A stretch of 64,000 nucleotides of DNA from Raja brachyura (taxonomy: Eukaryota). This document shows positions 50,151-62,351 of the stretch, one piece after another. Numbering within the stretch: position 1 is the first letter of the stretch; each line of letters starts with the position of its first letter. A program made the translations under genes and the position numbers. The stretch covers positions 51,026,001 through 51,090,000 of the forward strand of contig OY740790.1 in assembly GCA_963514005.1 (NCBI GenBank), in the 5' to 3' direction. The notes beneath the pieces are model-generated. The model was not told where the DNA came from. It worked only from the letters and a program-made list of their open reading frames with translations, and did not search any database.

Positions 50151-51263
50151 TGGTTAGTTAATAATGTGGCCATGGAGGGTGCAAGGGGTCTCTGAACATC
50201 ATGATGCAAGTTCAAAGATCAGGGCTGGTGAGAGTGGGATGCACTGGGTTGGTGGTGGAATGGAGAAGGTGGCGAGGGTGGTTTGCGATGTGACATGGAG
50301 AGTAGCCAATGTTTTAAAGATAATGCTTCTATTGGTGGCATGAGACCTGATTCTGAGCCAGTAGCAGTATGAATGCATCGTTGTCTGGAAGTTGTTTTGG
50401 AAACAGTTCTGCTGTTGCTCAGTCACACTCTGATAAGTAAATCTCGCACTTGCATGTACTTGTTGTCTCCCTGAGCAGAACATTCAAAAACTGTTTTAAA
50501 GCCATGACAACTTTGTTGGGCACGACTCTGCCACCAGCTTTGCCTCCTTGTGAAGGGGCATTATTTACTTGGCCATTGTACTATGCAGCCTGAGGACTTG
50601 CCATTATCCTGGGTATGGTAAGGTGGCTGGGAGCATGTGAGGGAGGCAATAGTCAGCTCATCCTTACCCCCCCCCCCCCTTGTGTGGCTCGCCTGGGATC
50701 GTGTAGGCTGATGGAAACCCCACTTGAGTCATCCCAATCTGGACTCGTTTACTGGGCAACAGCCAACCCATTTGTGACCTACTTCTTGGAAAGTCCATCC
50801 TCAATGCATGGGTGAAATTCACTGGAACGATCTTCTGCATCTTCTCCCAAACCAACTTGCGCTGCATTAAGTCTCCTCGTTACTGTCCTCTGGTTACATT
50901 GGGTAGGCCACATTGTAGACAAGACACAAGGTGCTGAAGTAACTTAGTGGGTCAGGCAGCATCTCTGGAAAAAATGGACGGTTGAAAAAGGGCAGCAAGG
51001 TGGCACTCCAAGAGCATTGAATTCATTCTGCTTCAAGCACAAATGTCCAACTTGTATAGGCCCTACTTTCCCCCGGAATTCTCCCAGTGATCCAAAAATG
51101 TAAAGCCCTCCATTCTCCACTATCTCTATACATCCTCTTTATTCCTATACTCAACATTACTTTATACCAGAAATAATCCTATCATTTCATCCTTGGAGAT
51201 TGTGCTTCAGCTCCAGTTTGGGGGTTCAATGATGGTTTACTGAGCTTAACGTGTAATCTGCTG

Positions 51264-51510
51264 AATAGACAATAGGTGCAGATATAGGCCATTCGGCCCT
51301 TCGAGCCATTACCGCCATTCAATGTGATCATGCCTGATCATCCCTAATCAGTACCCCGTTCCTGCCTTCTCCCCATTTCCCCTGACTCCGCTATCTTTAG
51401 TATCCAGAGAACTGGCCTCCACCGCCCTGCCCTCTAAGACAGAGAATTCCACAGACTCACCACTCTCTGTGTGAAAAAGTGTTTCCTCATCTCTGTTCTA
51501 AATGGCTTAT
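51264..51510 (-). mobile_element. CR1 3' fragment
   Basis: aatagacaataggtgcag...ggccattcggcccttcgagcc. Confidence 0.88.
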
Positions 51511-51664
51511 AGCTAAATGCCACAGAAGAGAGAGATCATGCGTGTGACACTATGTGCCAGTGCGAGGAGAGTGAAGGTGATATAGATTAAATTGTTTTTT
51601 TATGTCATGTAGCTTAATTCAACACCAGCACCCGAAGAGGTTCTTTGGCCCACAATGTCTGTGG

Positions 51665-52958
51665 TAACAGTGTCATTGGCAACAGTGCAGAGGAGGAGGA
51701 TTTCCTGGAATGTTTACGGGATGGGTTTTTAAGCCAATATGTAGAAGAACTGACTAGAGGGCAGACCATCCTAGACTGGGTATTGTGTTATGAGGAAGGA
51801 TTAGTGGGCGATCTTGTTGTGCAAGGCCCCTTGGGCAACAGTTACCAAAATATGGTGGAATTCTGCATTAGGATGGAGGGTGACACGGTTAATTCAGAGA
51901 TTAGGGTCCTGAACTTGAATAAAGGAGACTTTGAAGGTATGAGACAGGAATTGGTTAGGATGGACTGGCAAATTATACTTAATCGGTTGACAGTGGAGAT
52001 GCAATGGCAAAAATTTAAACACCGCATGGATGAACTCCAGAAATTGTTTATCCCTGTCTGGCAAAAAAAAACCTGGGAAGGTGGCTCAACCGTGGCAGAC
52101 GAGGGAAGTCAAGGATAGTGTTAAATCCAAGAGACGCATATAAATTGGCCAGAAGAAGCGGCAAACCAGAGGACTGGGAGAAATTTAGAACTCAACAGAG
52201 GAGGACAAAAGGGTTAATTAAGAGGGGGGAAAAAGAGCATGAAAGAAAGCTTGCGGGGAATATAAAAACTGACTCTAAAAGCTTCTTTAGGTATGTAAAA
52301 AGGAAAAGATTAGTGAAGACGAATGTAGGTCCATAACAGTCAAAGACAGGTGAATTTATAATGGGGGACAAGAAAATGGCAGAACTGTTAAACAAGTACT
52401 TTGGTTCTGTCTTCACTAAGGAAGACACAAACAATCTCCCGGAAATACTAGGGAACTGAGGATCTCGTGGGAGGGAGGAACTGAAGAGAATCCACATTAG
52501 TCAGAAAATGGTGTTAGGTAAATTGTTGGGACTGAGGGCCGATAAATCTCCAGGGCCTGATGGTCTGCATCCCAGAGTACTCAAGGAGGTGGCCCTAGAA
52601 ATCGTGGATACATTGGTGATAACTTTCCAATGTTCTCTCGACTCTGGGTCAGCTCTTGTGGACTGGAGGGTAGCCAATGTAACTCCACTTTTTAAGAAAG
52701 GAGGGAGAGAGAAAAAGGGGAATTATAGACCAGTTAGCCTTACATTGGTAGTAGAGAAGATGCTGGAGTCAATTATTAAAGATGTTATAGCTGTGCATTT
52801 GGAAAGTTGGATTTAGCTCTTGGGGCTAAAGGAATCAAGGGATATGGGGAAAAAACAGGAACGGGGTACTGATTTTGGATGATCAGCCGTGATCACATTG
52901 AATGGCGGTGCTGGCTCGAAGGGACAAATGGCCTACTCTTGCAGTTATTGTCTATTGT
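51665..52958 (+). mobile_element. CR1 with the RT domain missing (internal deletion or fusion)
   Basis: ORFs 51645-52118, 52118-52336 and 52508-52816 end at AVHLES, then the sequence jumps near 52806 to the last codons and the 3' UTR. Confidence 0.9.
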
Positions 52959-53876
52959 TATTTAGACACTGGCCCATTTGCAGCAAATCTCAATTTGTTT
53001 AAGTTGAATAGTAGATCCACTTTTTCAGTCAACCAATTTTTATTCTTGATTTCAATTGTATCACTGTTATGGACATAAACTCCCCTTGCACACAGTGATT
53101 AACTCCAGTGAGGGAGAGTGTTGCCTTCTTTTCCAACAGGACAATTGGAAAATGTAAATTGGGGCTGCAAAGTTCTTGGTTGCACTCTACTTGATTAGCA
53201 TTGTGCACTTCCTGTTATTTTATAACCAGATTTATGGCTTTAAACTTGTACATTCATCATGCGGTTCATTCTAATTCGTCTTTTCCTTGCGCTGCAAATA
53301 CAAAGCCAGATTATTAGTTTTTCTTTCATTATAATGAGTTTATTTTGTCTGGAAGGAATTGCATTTACTTACATATTTAAAACTGCTCGAAGGGTTGTGT
53401 GTTTTCCCATCCTGTTTGAGTGATTTAGATCTTTCATGGGTAATTGCCTGAGTGCATTTGTTCCAAATGTGAGCACAGTAGGACTTAATATTGCAATGTA
53501 TTCTAAAAGATTTATTTGGAGAGGAGCATCTTGACGCTCTGAGCACTGAGAGTTTTAATGCTGATTATGGAGTATTTGGATGAAATTTTGAAGGAAAAAT
53601 AATCAATTTATAGACAAACTTTAGCTTTTTTTCTTACTTTCTCAGTTTAGTCTGCAGCATGCATATCCATTACCACTGGCACTGTTTGTCTTGGGCTTCG
53701 TCTTTGGCACAACCCGTTAATTGCAATAAAATTACAGTACAAGTTGTAGCCGAGGAAAGACTATTTGTATTTTATTTCAAAAATAAATTTTATTCAGATA
53801 TATATATATATATATTAATGGGATAGGCAGCATCTCTGGAGATTGAAGAAGGGTCTCAACCCAAAACGCCTATTCC

Positions 53877-54035
53877 NNNNNNNNNNNNNNNNNNNNNNNN
53901 NNNNNNNNNNNNNNNNNNNNNNNNNNNNNNNNNNNNNNNNNNNNNNNNNNNNNNNNNNNNNNNNNNNNNNNNNNNNNNNNNNNNNNNNNNNNNNNNNNNN
54001 NNNNNNNNNNNNNNNNNNNNNNNNNNNNNNNNNNN
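53877..54035. other. Assembly gap (159 N)
   Basis: N run; preceded by a PLE-derived inverted fragment at 53821-53876. Confidence 1.
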
Positions 54036-54049
54036 ATTCTCTGTCTATA

Positions 54050-54765
54050 CAGTAAATCCTCGTCTTAACGACTCACTTTATAAATGGATTTTGGTTATAG
54101 CGGGCAGATCTGCGAAAGCTGCTTCTGGCTCACACCACCTTCCTGGCCACTTAGTCCCGGTTTCCGCTGCCATCCCCAGCTTGCAAGGTGCACCACCAGC
54201 CCACTGCATGGCACGACTGACACCACATTTGGTGCAGCTCCCATTTTGGCCCCTGGGGGCAGTGCTTTCGTCGGTCAGCTGTCACCGACAGGATATGCTC
54301 AGTAACCATGGAGCTCCCTCCCCTCTCACCATCTCCTTCCTGTCGACCGTCACGTTGTCCACTCCACCACTACCTCCTCCTCCTCCTCCTCCTCCTCCTT
54401 CTCCATCACTGTCCACTGGGCCTCTCCCCCACCTCCGCCTCCTCCTCTGGAATCACCAACATACTTCACCTTCGAAGATGTCAGCGACTCTGGAAGAGGA
54501 CGTGATGGTGGAGAAGGGAGTGGCAGAGTGGAGAAAGAGACGGGGAAGGAGGAGGAGAAGGCTGTGGAGCAGAGCACACAAAGTGACGGCCGACAGGAAG
54601 AAGCTGGTGAGAGGGGAGGGAACCCCACCGTGACTGAGCGCATTCTGTCAGTGGCAGTGGCCTAAAGAGCTCCTGGCCAGGGGCTACAACGTGAGCCGCA
54701 ACAACAGCTGTGTCAACCGGACCTTGTGGCAGCCCCTTATGGTCCGCTATAACGAGGGTTTACTA
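54050..54765. mobile_element. Tigger/pogo-like non-autonomous element, GC-rich interior with (CCT)n
   Basis: TA-cagtaaatcctcgtcttaacg / cgctataacgagggtttacta. Confidence 0.7.
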
Positions 54766-54825
54766 TTGAAATATAGGTTCTGCATTCGTGGTTCATTGGA
54801 AACTCTTACCTCGAAAAGCATTCTC

Positions 54826-54940
54826 TCAGTCTGAAGAAGACTCCTGAACTAAAAGTCACCTATCCCTGTTCTCCAAAGATCCTGAGTTACTCCAGTACTT
54901 TGTGTCCTTTTTTTGAATAAAGCAGCATCTGCAGTTCCGT
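54826..54940 (+). mobile_element. PLE-derived 3' end, degenerate hammerhead
   Basis: cagtctgaagaagac...aaaagtcacctatcc...gcagcatctgcagttcc. Confidence 0.75.
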
Positions 54941-54954
54941 TCAGTTTCAGCATC

Positions 54955-55190
54955 TTAACACTATCGCACACACAGTGGGGACGATTTTTTTAATTTACTA
55001 AACCAATTTACAGACATACCTGTATGTCTTTGGAGTGTGGGAGGAAACCGAAGACTCGGAGAAAACCCACGCGGTCGCGGGGAGAACATATAAACTCCAT
55101 ACAGACAGCACCCGTAGTCGGGATCGATCTGGGGTCTCCAGCGCTGCAAGGGCTGTAAGGCAACTCTACCGCTACGCCACAGTGCCGCCC
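54955..55190 (-). mobile_element. V-SINE with a tRNA-derived head
   Basis: Minus strand gggcggcactgTGGCGTAGCGG...agatcgatccc, plus the V-domain. Confidence 0.88.
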
Positions 55191-55754
55191 CTAAAAATAA
55201 AAGGATATATAAAGTAGCAACTCTCAGAGAACTTTATTATGTGCTTGTCAGTTTTTTTCGTTCAGGCCAGGGCTTGGGCTACTGTGACACTTCCTTCAAG
55301 CAAGAAAGGTTGTAATGAGATAAATCCTGAGTGAAGAAGTGATATTTTGTGGAAATTTGTTAACTGCTTTATAAAGTGGAGAGGAATTGGATTAATATTG
55401 GCACAACTATTATGTTGGTTACCATACTTTATCCATTTAAATGAGCATATTTCTCCCTGCTCTGTACTGCAAGTGACTTAGCAGCTGATCCAGTCGAGAA
55501 TTAGCTGGAGCAGAGCAGGTAGAAATTGAGGAACATTTGAAAGCAAGGATAGAATGACATCGAGCAGTATAATATGTCGTGTGAATCCTGTGTGATGCAA
55601 CTGGGAACTTGTATGTCCTCTAAAAATAAAAAGGCTATATAAAGTAGCAATTTTCAGAAAACTTTATTGAGAAAATTATGTGCTTTTCGTTCAGGTCAGG
55701 GCGAGGACTTCATCCACATGCATCATAGCACCTTATTTGTTGAATAATTGCACA

Positions 55755-55828
55755 GTCTGTTCAAAGAAAATGTATTCATTTCCAAATACGGGTCTGTTCA
55801 AAGAAAATGTATTCATTTCCAAATACGG
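55755..55828 (+). repeat. Perfect 37-bp tandem duplication
   Basis: gtctgttcaaagaaaatgtattcatttccaaatacgg x2. Confidence 0.93.
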
Positions 55829-56354
55829 GAACCCGTAAAAGGGACTACATCACCCCGATCCTGGCCTCTCTCCACTGGCTCCCAGTACGGGATAGAATCA
55901 ACTTCAAGCTCCTCCTATTCGTTTACAAAGCCCTTAACGGGCTCCCCCCCCCCCCCCCCCCCCCAATAACAAAAATATTCTAACCCACCATTCTACCTCC
56001 AGGTCCCTCAGGTCGGCCAACTTGGGGCTACTGACTATCCCGCGGTCTAGGTTTAAGCACAGGGGTGACCGCGTTTTTGCGGTTGCAGCACCTAGACTGT
56101 GGAATAGCATCCCGCTCCTCATCAGAACTGCACCCACCATCGACTCCTTTAAGTCACGACTCAAAACCTATTTCTACTCCCTAGCGTTTTTGAGCCCCTA
56201 TGAGGGGGCGCTGTAAACAGTTTATGTATGTATTGTTAGGTCTGTCTACCGTAGTATGTATCAAATTACTACCTGCACTGATGTAAAGCACTTTGGTCAA
56301 CATGAGTTGTTTTTAAACATGCTATACAAATAAATTTATTATGATTATTATTAT
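55826..56354 (+). mobile_element. L2 LINE 3' fragment
   Basis: DYITPILASLHWLPV, RVFAVAAPRLWNSIP, FKSRLKTYF; aataaa + (TTA)n tail. Confidence 0.92.
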
Positions 56355-57184
56355 AAAAGCATCTTCACAGACTAATTTCCATTGTTTACAAGATTCACAA
56401 TGTCAAAATTTCGATGCCCGAGCAAATGCCATGATTTTTGTTAAGTTAAAAATATGACGGCATTGATAAGGTACAAATATGCAAAATAAACTTGAAAATT
56501 AGAGACAAAAAGGAAGGAATATTAACGGATGTAATTATTTTCAAGAGGAGGAGGGCGTTACTTGGTTGTTCGTTAAGCAGAGGGCAGCGGAAGCCCGGAC
56601 ATGATGGCTGAAATAGGCTTTTCCTTTCTTGTAAAATTTTACGATTTTGTGGCAAAATTCTGCCTTCAAATTCTATTGTAAGGGCACCAGTCAGAGGATG
56701 CCATTTACAGGAAAACAATATATTCTGTAGCCTGTGAACTATGGAAGTGTGCAGCATGCCTCTGAGGTTCATGTCCGATTTTATTTTTAGTTCTTTTGAA
56801 TAAAATCAGATCCCCAGGGTTTAACGCTACCAGATGTTTTGTGTGTAAGAAAGAAGTTAGGTCATTTCTAAACATGGGTGATAAAAATCCCAAATCATGC
56901 AACAAATTATGCCAAATATTAGTACAGTAGAGTACACTCTGTGCATAGGACATGAGTTTATTTACGAGTTAAAATTCTGCATTCAAACTTATGAACTTGC
57001 TGAGTAATAAAATGATCATTACTGAGTGTCCTCAATTTAGATGGCGGGAATTGTAAGAAGTAATTAGTAAAGAGTGAAACTTAGTTCGCGACTCATTCCA
57101 CATTTGTCGATTATTGTTTTTGCAACAATTATGAAGTTGTAAACTGAATAGAAATCTATGAATTTAAAAAATGTTAGGATAAAT

Positions 57185-57268
57185 GTCTCGACCCAAAAGG
57201 TCGCCTATTCCTTCGCTCCATAGATGCTGCCTCACCCGCTGAGTTTCTCCAGCAGTTTTGGTCTACCA
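57185..57268 (+). mobile_element. PLE-derived 3'-end fragment
   Basis: gtctcgacccaaaaggtcgcctattccttcgctccatagatgctgcc. Confidence 0.8.
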
Positions 57269-58524
57269 GGATATCAACTAAATGTTTTTTGACTTTCAAT
57301 AGTGAAAGAGTTGATTTTTTAAAGAAAAATTGACATTTTATCCATTTTGGATGCAAATACCTTCGAATTTATTTCATACTTTGTCATCATGATCACCACC
57401 AAATAACGAATTTTCTTTATTTTAAAGCATGTGATGACCCAGACTTAAAAACATTGGCTATTTGCAGCATATTTCTGAGCAGATTACCAAAGTTGATTTT
57501 CCTCCCCGAATGAGCATAGTTAAAAAAAACCTGTGATATGTAATCAATGCTTTATTTTCTCACTGTGGGCAGTGCTGGTGATCAGCAACTAACCTGTAGC
57601 TGTGCACATTAGACGAGGCCTGGTGCAAGATTAACGTGTCCAGGGCTTCCATTGCATTTGTAATAGTTTTATATCTGTGTGGAAGGAATCCATCTCCACA
57701 CTGGACTGGATCATCTGATTGAACATCTGCCAAAGGCCCTGATAGTTTGCGGTTGCAATGCACACGCATGGCTGTCAGACAATGAGCCTGCTTAACTCCC
57801 AACTGAGCTGATGATATTGCTTCCGCCCTTTGGCAGGTGATAGACATGCAAAGCGTTGATGCTTTTTGTCTGCTGATTCCATGTCTATAATCTGAGACGT
57901 GAGAATCTGAAAAATGCTTCAAATGGCTTTTTGTATATAAATCACAATATATTATGACCTGCTCCCACCTTCATTTTATTATCTGTCCAAAACACCTCTT
58001 CCTTGTCAGCTAGTATTTTAGACACACAAAATTAGAGAAGCAAAGTTCACCAATTTCACTCAATCACTCAGGATTCCCTAACTGAACCAGAGATTCCGGG
58101 AAAGGTTGGAGTCTTACTTGGCTGGAACTTCTCAACAGTCAGCAGTTCACTTGCATTAAACTGTTCATTAAGCATTTTATCGGGATGCATCACAGCTTAG
58201 TTTGGTAACAGCGCCATCCAAGACCGCAAGAAATTGCAGCAAAAAATTGTGGTCGGAGCCAGGACCATCACACAAACCAATCTCCCTTCCGTTGACTCCA
58301 TTTATACCTCACGCTGCCTCGGCAAGGCCAGCAGCATAATCAAGGACGAGTCTCACCCTGGCCACTCCCCTCTTGCATCGGGCAAAAGATATAGAAATGT
58401 GAAAACGCATACCTCCAGATTTAGGAACAGTTTCTTCAAATCAGGCAACTGAACCATCCTACCACAAATAGAGAGCAGTCCTGAACTACTATGTACTTCA
58501 TTGGTGACCCTCGAACTATCTTTG

Positions 58525-58950
58525 TTTAAGAAAGAACTGCAGATGCTGGAAAAATCGAAGGTAGACAAAAATGCTGGAGAAACTCAGTGGGTGAGGCAGC
58601 ATCTATGGAGAGAAGGAATAGGCGACGTTTCGGGTTGAGACCTTCAGACTGTTGTCGGGGGGGGGGGGGGGAAGGGGAAAGAAAAGAAGAGGCGGAGACA
58701 ATAGGCTTGTGGGAGAACTGGGAAGAGGGGGGAGAAAGCAAGGACTATCTGAAATTGGTGAAGTCAATGTTCATACCGCTGGGGTATAAACTTCCCATTT
58801 CTCCCACAAGTCCTACTGTCTCCGCCTACTTCCTTTCTCTTTAATGCCCCACCCCACCCCCGACATCTGTCTGAAGAAGGGTCTGGTCCCGAAACGTCGC
58901 CTATTCCTTTGCTCCATTGATGCTGCCTCACCCGCTGAGACTCTCACATG
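58525..58950. mobile_element. Inverted PLE 3'-end pair inserted in Rex with a 7-bp TSD
   Basis: atctttg at 58518-58524 and 58951-58957; minus arm includes the last GIY-YIG codons; plus arm has a hammerhead at 58871-58898. Confidence 0.87.
58871..58898 (+). ncRNA. Minimal hammerhead motif (one stem II mismatch)
   Basis: CTGAAGA-A-GGGTC-TG-GTCCC-GAAACGTC. Confidence 0.6.
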
Positions 58951-59639
58951 ATCTTTGATCGGTCTTTAAGGGCTTTATCGTGCACTAAATGTTATTCCCT
59001 AATCATGTATCTGTACACTGTGAATGGCTCGATTGTAATCATGTACTGTCTTTCTGCTGGCTGGTTAGCATGCAACAAAAGCTTTTCACTGTACCTCGGT
59101 ACACATGACAATAAACCAAACTGGACTGAAACTATCCCAGGGAGCTGGTTAGCTCAATGGCAGAGCTGCCATATGTACTTCCCAACAATGTAGTGAGGAA
59201 CTGGCTTTGGCTGCGAGGAGGCAGGCAATTTGTCCATCAACAGACCATTCTGTTGACCTGGCTATATTTAAACTGGAAATGAAGGTACAGTACATCACTG
59301 GAACCACTGCAGTAGCTGTAATCAATGTGTGGTAAAATCCAGCCTAATATTGCTCTTTTAGGTAAGCATGCATTTGAAATTTAATTTGAGCAGACTATGT
59401 ACTAAAGCACTTTTGGAAACAAAAATGTTTACAATGATTTACAATTAGCAGTGATTACAATTAACATTGGAGCAAATATTTACACATTTTTCAGTAATGC
59501 TTTCATGTACATAGTGTACCATTTGAAATATGATTAATTTGTTAACAAGACATTGAAGGAAACAGGGAAAACAAGTTCTGTTGTGTGATGGTGAGCTTCA
59601 TACGAATCTGTTTACAATGTCAACAGGGTTGGGTAGATC

Positions 59640-59830
59640 ATCATGTTCATGGAAACTTTTCAACAATGGAAAAAGGTTATTGTTGCAACAGTCCAGTATT
59701 GCTTGTTTTGGTATTTATAAATGATTTGACTGTTGGAACACACTACATACTTTCCAAATTTGCCTCAATAACCACCCCATGAGAAGGTGCTGATCTTTTA
59801 AGAAGAAGCACAGATAGTTTGGATTGTAAT
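59640..59830 (+). mobile_element. Ancient CR1 RT remnant
   Basis: PVLLVLVFINDL...SKFA. Confidence 0.5.
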
Positions 59831-60624
59831 TCAGTCTAAAAATTACTTAAGTGGAACAAAGGAAGTAAACTCACATAGTTGTAGGGAATAGTCATGAAGT
59901 ATTCTAAACAACAAATACTTTGGAATTTGTTGATGAAAATCACCACAAACAACAAAGTAGGGCATCGAAACGAGGACCCAAACTTTGTTCAGTAAATAGT
60001 TCTGTATTAAGTAAAAGAAAATAACCTAAAAGTTCTAAATATTCAATTTTACTGTGAAAAATAGGCAATTGTAGTAAAGCACAAATAATTATTTTGGCTG
60101 AGAACTCTTCAACTACGTTATAACAGCATCTATGACCAAGCCTCGGGTGACACAATAATGGCATTGCTCAATGAAAACTTGAGGCAGAGCCTGTGGAGCA
60201 ATGGAAGAGAGGTTGGGTTGTTGACGGTGCCAAATGGCTAGGGTCGGGACTGTTTTCAGGAAGGATCAAGAGCTGTGAGTCTCAATGTGAATTTCATTGA
60301 TGTTTGGAGCTTAGAGGCAAACTGGGAGGGCATTTCAACACGCGATTTTTTAGGCGACTTGGCTGTCACCACATGTTCGTCGTGGTGTAGCCTGTATGGC
60401 CGTGAGTAGTCTCCTCAGTCGCCCAAAGAGTCGTAGTGTATTTCTGGTCGCCGCAATGTTGAACATGTTTCAGCGACAATGGGTTTGACGCATATGAGCG
60501 TTCCTTGACTTCTCCTGATGTAGGTGCTATGGTAGAATGTCGCCAGGTTAACGTAGTTGTCACCAGGATGATGTAGGTTGTCGCCGGTGCTGACTTCCAT
60601 TGGGACTACCTACGTCAACCGGCG

Positions 60625-61359
60625 GTAGACAGAATTGCTGGAGGAACCAAGCTGGCGAGGCAGTATCTATGGAGTGAAGGAATAGGTGACGTTTCGGGTC
60701 AAGACCCTTCTTCAGACTGATGTGTGGGGGGGGGGGGGTGAAGAAGAAAGGAAGAGGCGGAGTCAGTAGGCTGTGGGAGAGCTGGGAAGGGGAGGGGAAG
60801 GAGGGAGAAAGCATGAGCTACCTGAAATTGGAGGTCAATATTCATACCGCTGGGGTGTAAATTGCCCAAGCGAAATACGGGGTGCTGCTCCTCCAATTTG
60901 CAGGGGCCATGGAGGAGGCCTAGGACAGAAAGGTCGGATTCGGAATGGGAGGGGGCGTTGAAGTGCAGGGCCACCGGAAGATCAGGTTGGTTAATGCGAA
61001 CCGAGCGGAGGTGTTGGGCAAAGCGATCGCCAAACCTGCGCTTGGTCTCACCAATGCAGAGCAGTTGACACCTAGAGCAGCGGATGCAATAGATGAGGTT
61101 GGAGGAGGTGCAGGTGAACCTCTGCCTCACCTGGAAAGACTGCTTGGGTCCTTGGATGGAGTCGAGGGGGGAGGTAAAACGACAAGTATAGCATTTCCTG
61201 TGGTTGCAAGGGAAAGTACCAGGGAAAGGGATGGTTTGGGTGGGAAGGGTGAATTGACCAGGGAGTTACGGAGGGAGCGGTCTCTGCGAAAAGCCGAAAG
61301 GGGAGCAGATGGGAAGATGTGGCCAGTGGTGCGATCCCATTGGAGGTGGAGGTTGGAGG
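60625..61359 (-). mobile_element. Neptune-type PLE, 5'-truncated, with a 14-bp TSD
   Basis: GIY-YIG remnant 60699-61130 (NLIYCIRCSRCQLLCIGET); TSD tacgtcaac[c/t]ggcg at 60611-60624 and 61360-61373. Confidence 0.92.
60688..60715 (-). ncRNA. Minimal type I hammerhead ribozyme, intact core
   Basis: Minus strand reads CUGAAGA-A-GGGUC-UU-GACCC-GAAACGUC. Confidence 0.72.
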
Positions 61360-61729
61360 TACGTCAACTGGCGACAGGTACCAGCGACTGAATTGTCTTA
61401 CCTTGTAGCTTGTTGCGGGTGGATGTGGTTTGTCGTAGGTGGACGTCCTAATGGTCGCCGGTTGTCGGTAGCTTGCCATAACTTGAGGTCAACAAGGAGG
61501 GTAGGTTGTTGTAGACATTGTCGTAGGGGGGGTCCAGTCGCCGTTTTTTTGACGACCTGCTATGGCTATGGCAGTCGCTGAAAAAATCGTCTTGAGTGAG
61601 ACGGGCCCAATAGTGAGTTTGTTTACAATGTAGTTAACTAATAATTTTTACATCAACAGCCTGTATCTCTGCTCCACTTAACAGCCTATTTCACCTTCAT
61701 AGAGAACTTGATGTGAGAATCAGCAAAAC

Positions 61730-62200
61730 CGCTGATATCTTTAACAAACTTGACTTCACATGTTTGGAATAACAAGCTGGAAACCACAACCGCAGAGGTA
61801 TCCATGTGTCAGACTTTTGGCCAGACTACCCTTTCTTTCGCTGAAAGGAGAGTCGCGTACTCCCGAACTGAACTGGAATTTGAACTGCTCCTCCAATCAA
61901 CATTTTGCAGTCAGTCACTTGAGACTAATAGATCACCAGCAATTAAATCCTTAAGAGAAACAGCCTATGGTCTATTGATTCTTTCAAGCCTTGGTGGTTG
62001 CGTTAGGTGCAATGTACGCTTCAATATGTTTGTCTAAGGCTGTACTTGGGGCCTAATGTGAACCATGCAAAATGCCGAGAAATGCTATAGGCAAAAAAGG
62101 TCTCAAGAAATTCTGCATTCCCATTGATAGCTGGAAGAATCTTGTTCACAATTGCTTTGTCTGCACAAGCCAGGTAAAGACTTGTTTAATCACCAAATAA
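61730..62200 (+). mobile_element. Possible ancient RTE-clade remnant
   Basis: LTSHVWNNKLETTT...TTL...YSR weakly resembles the RTE post-RT region. Confidence 0.3.
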
Positions 62201-62351
62201 GTCAGTCTGTAGGAATGGTAAAAGCCGAATGAGCTTCAACCTTGCAACTCCTTTAACCTCTCTTAAATTGTACTTTTCTTAAACACCGTCTGTCTTCATT
62301 CTCTGCTTCACCACCATCATAGAAATAAAACAAAACTGAGCTTCTACTCCT

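Larger units (their letters stand above)
58173..59130 (+). mobile_element. Rex1/Babar LINE 3' fragment
   Basis: QDRKKLQ, LPSVDSIYTSRCLGKASSIIKDESHPGH, SGKRYR..TSRFRNSFF; tail catgacaataaa. Confidence 0.85.
60328..61609. mobile_element. Harbinger-type non-autonomous element split by a PLE
   Basis: Subterminal cgattttttaggcgact / agtcgctgaaaaaatcg; right end gagacgggccca. Confidence 0.65.

Noticed and set aside
54084-54643. Pro-rich and Glu-rich ORFs of 97-180 aa
   Set aside because: They come from GC-rich (CCT)n sequence inside a Tigger-like element; no domain or splice evidence.
55100-55190. tRNA-like A/B boxes
   Set aside because: V-SINE head; no full cloverleaf.
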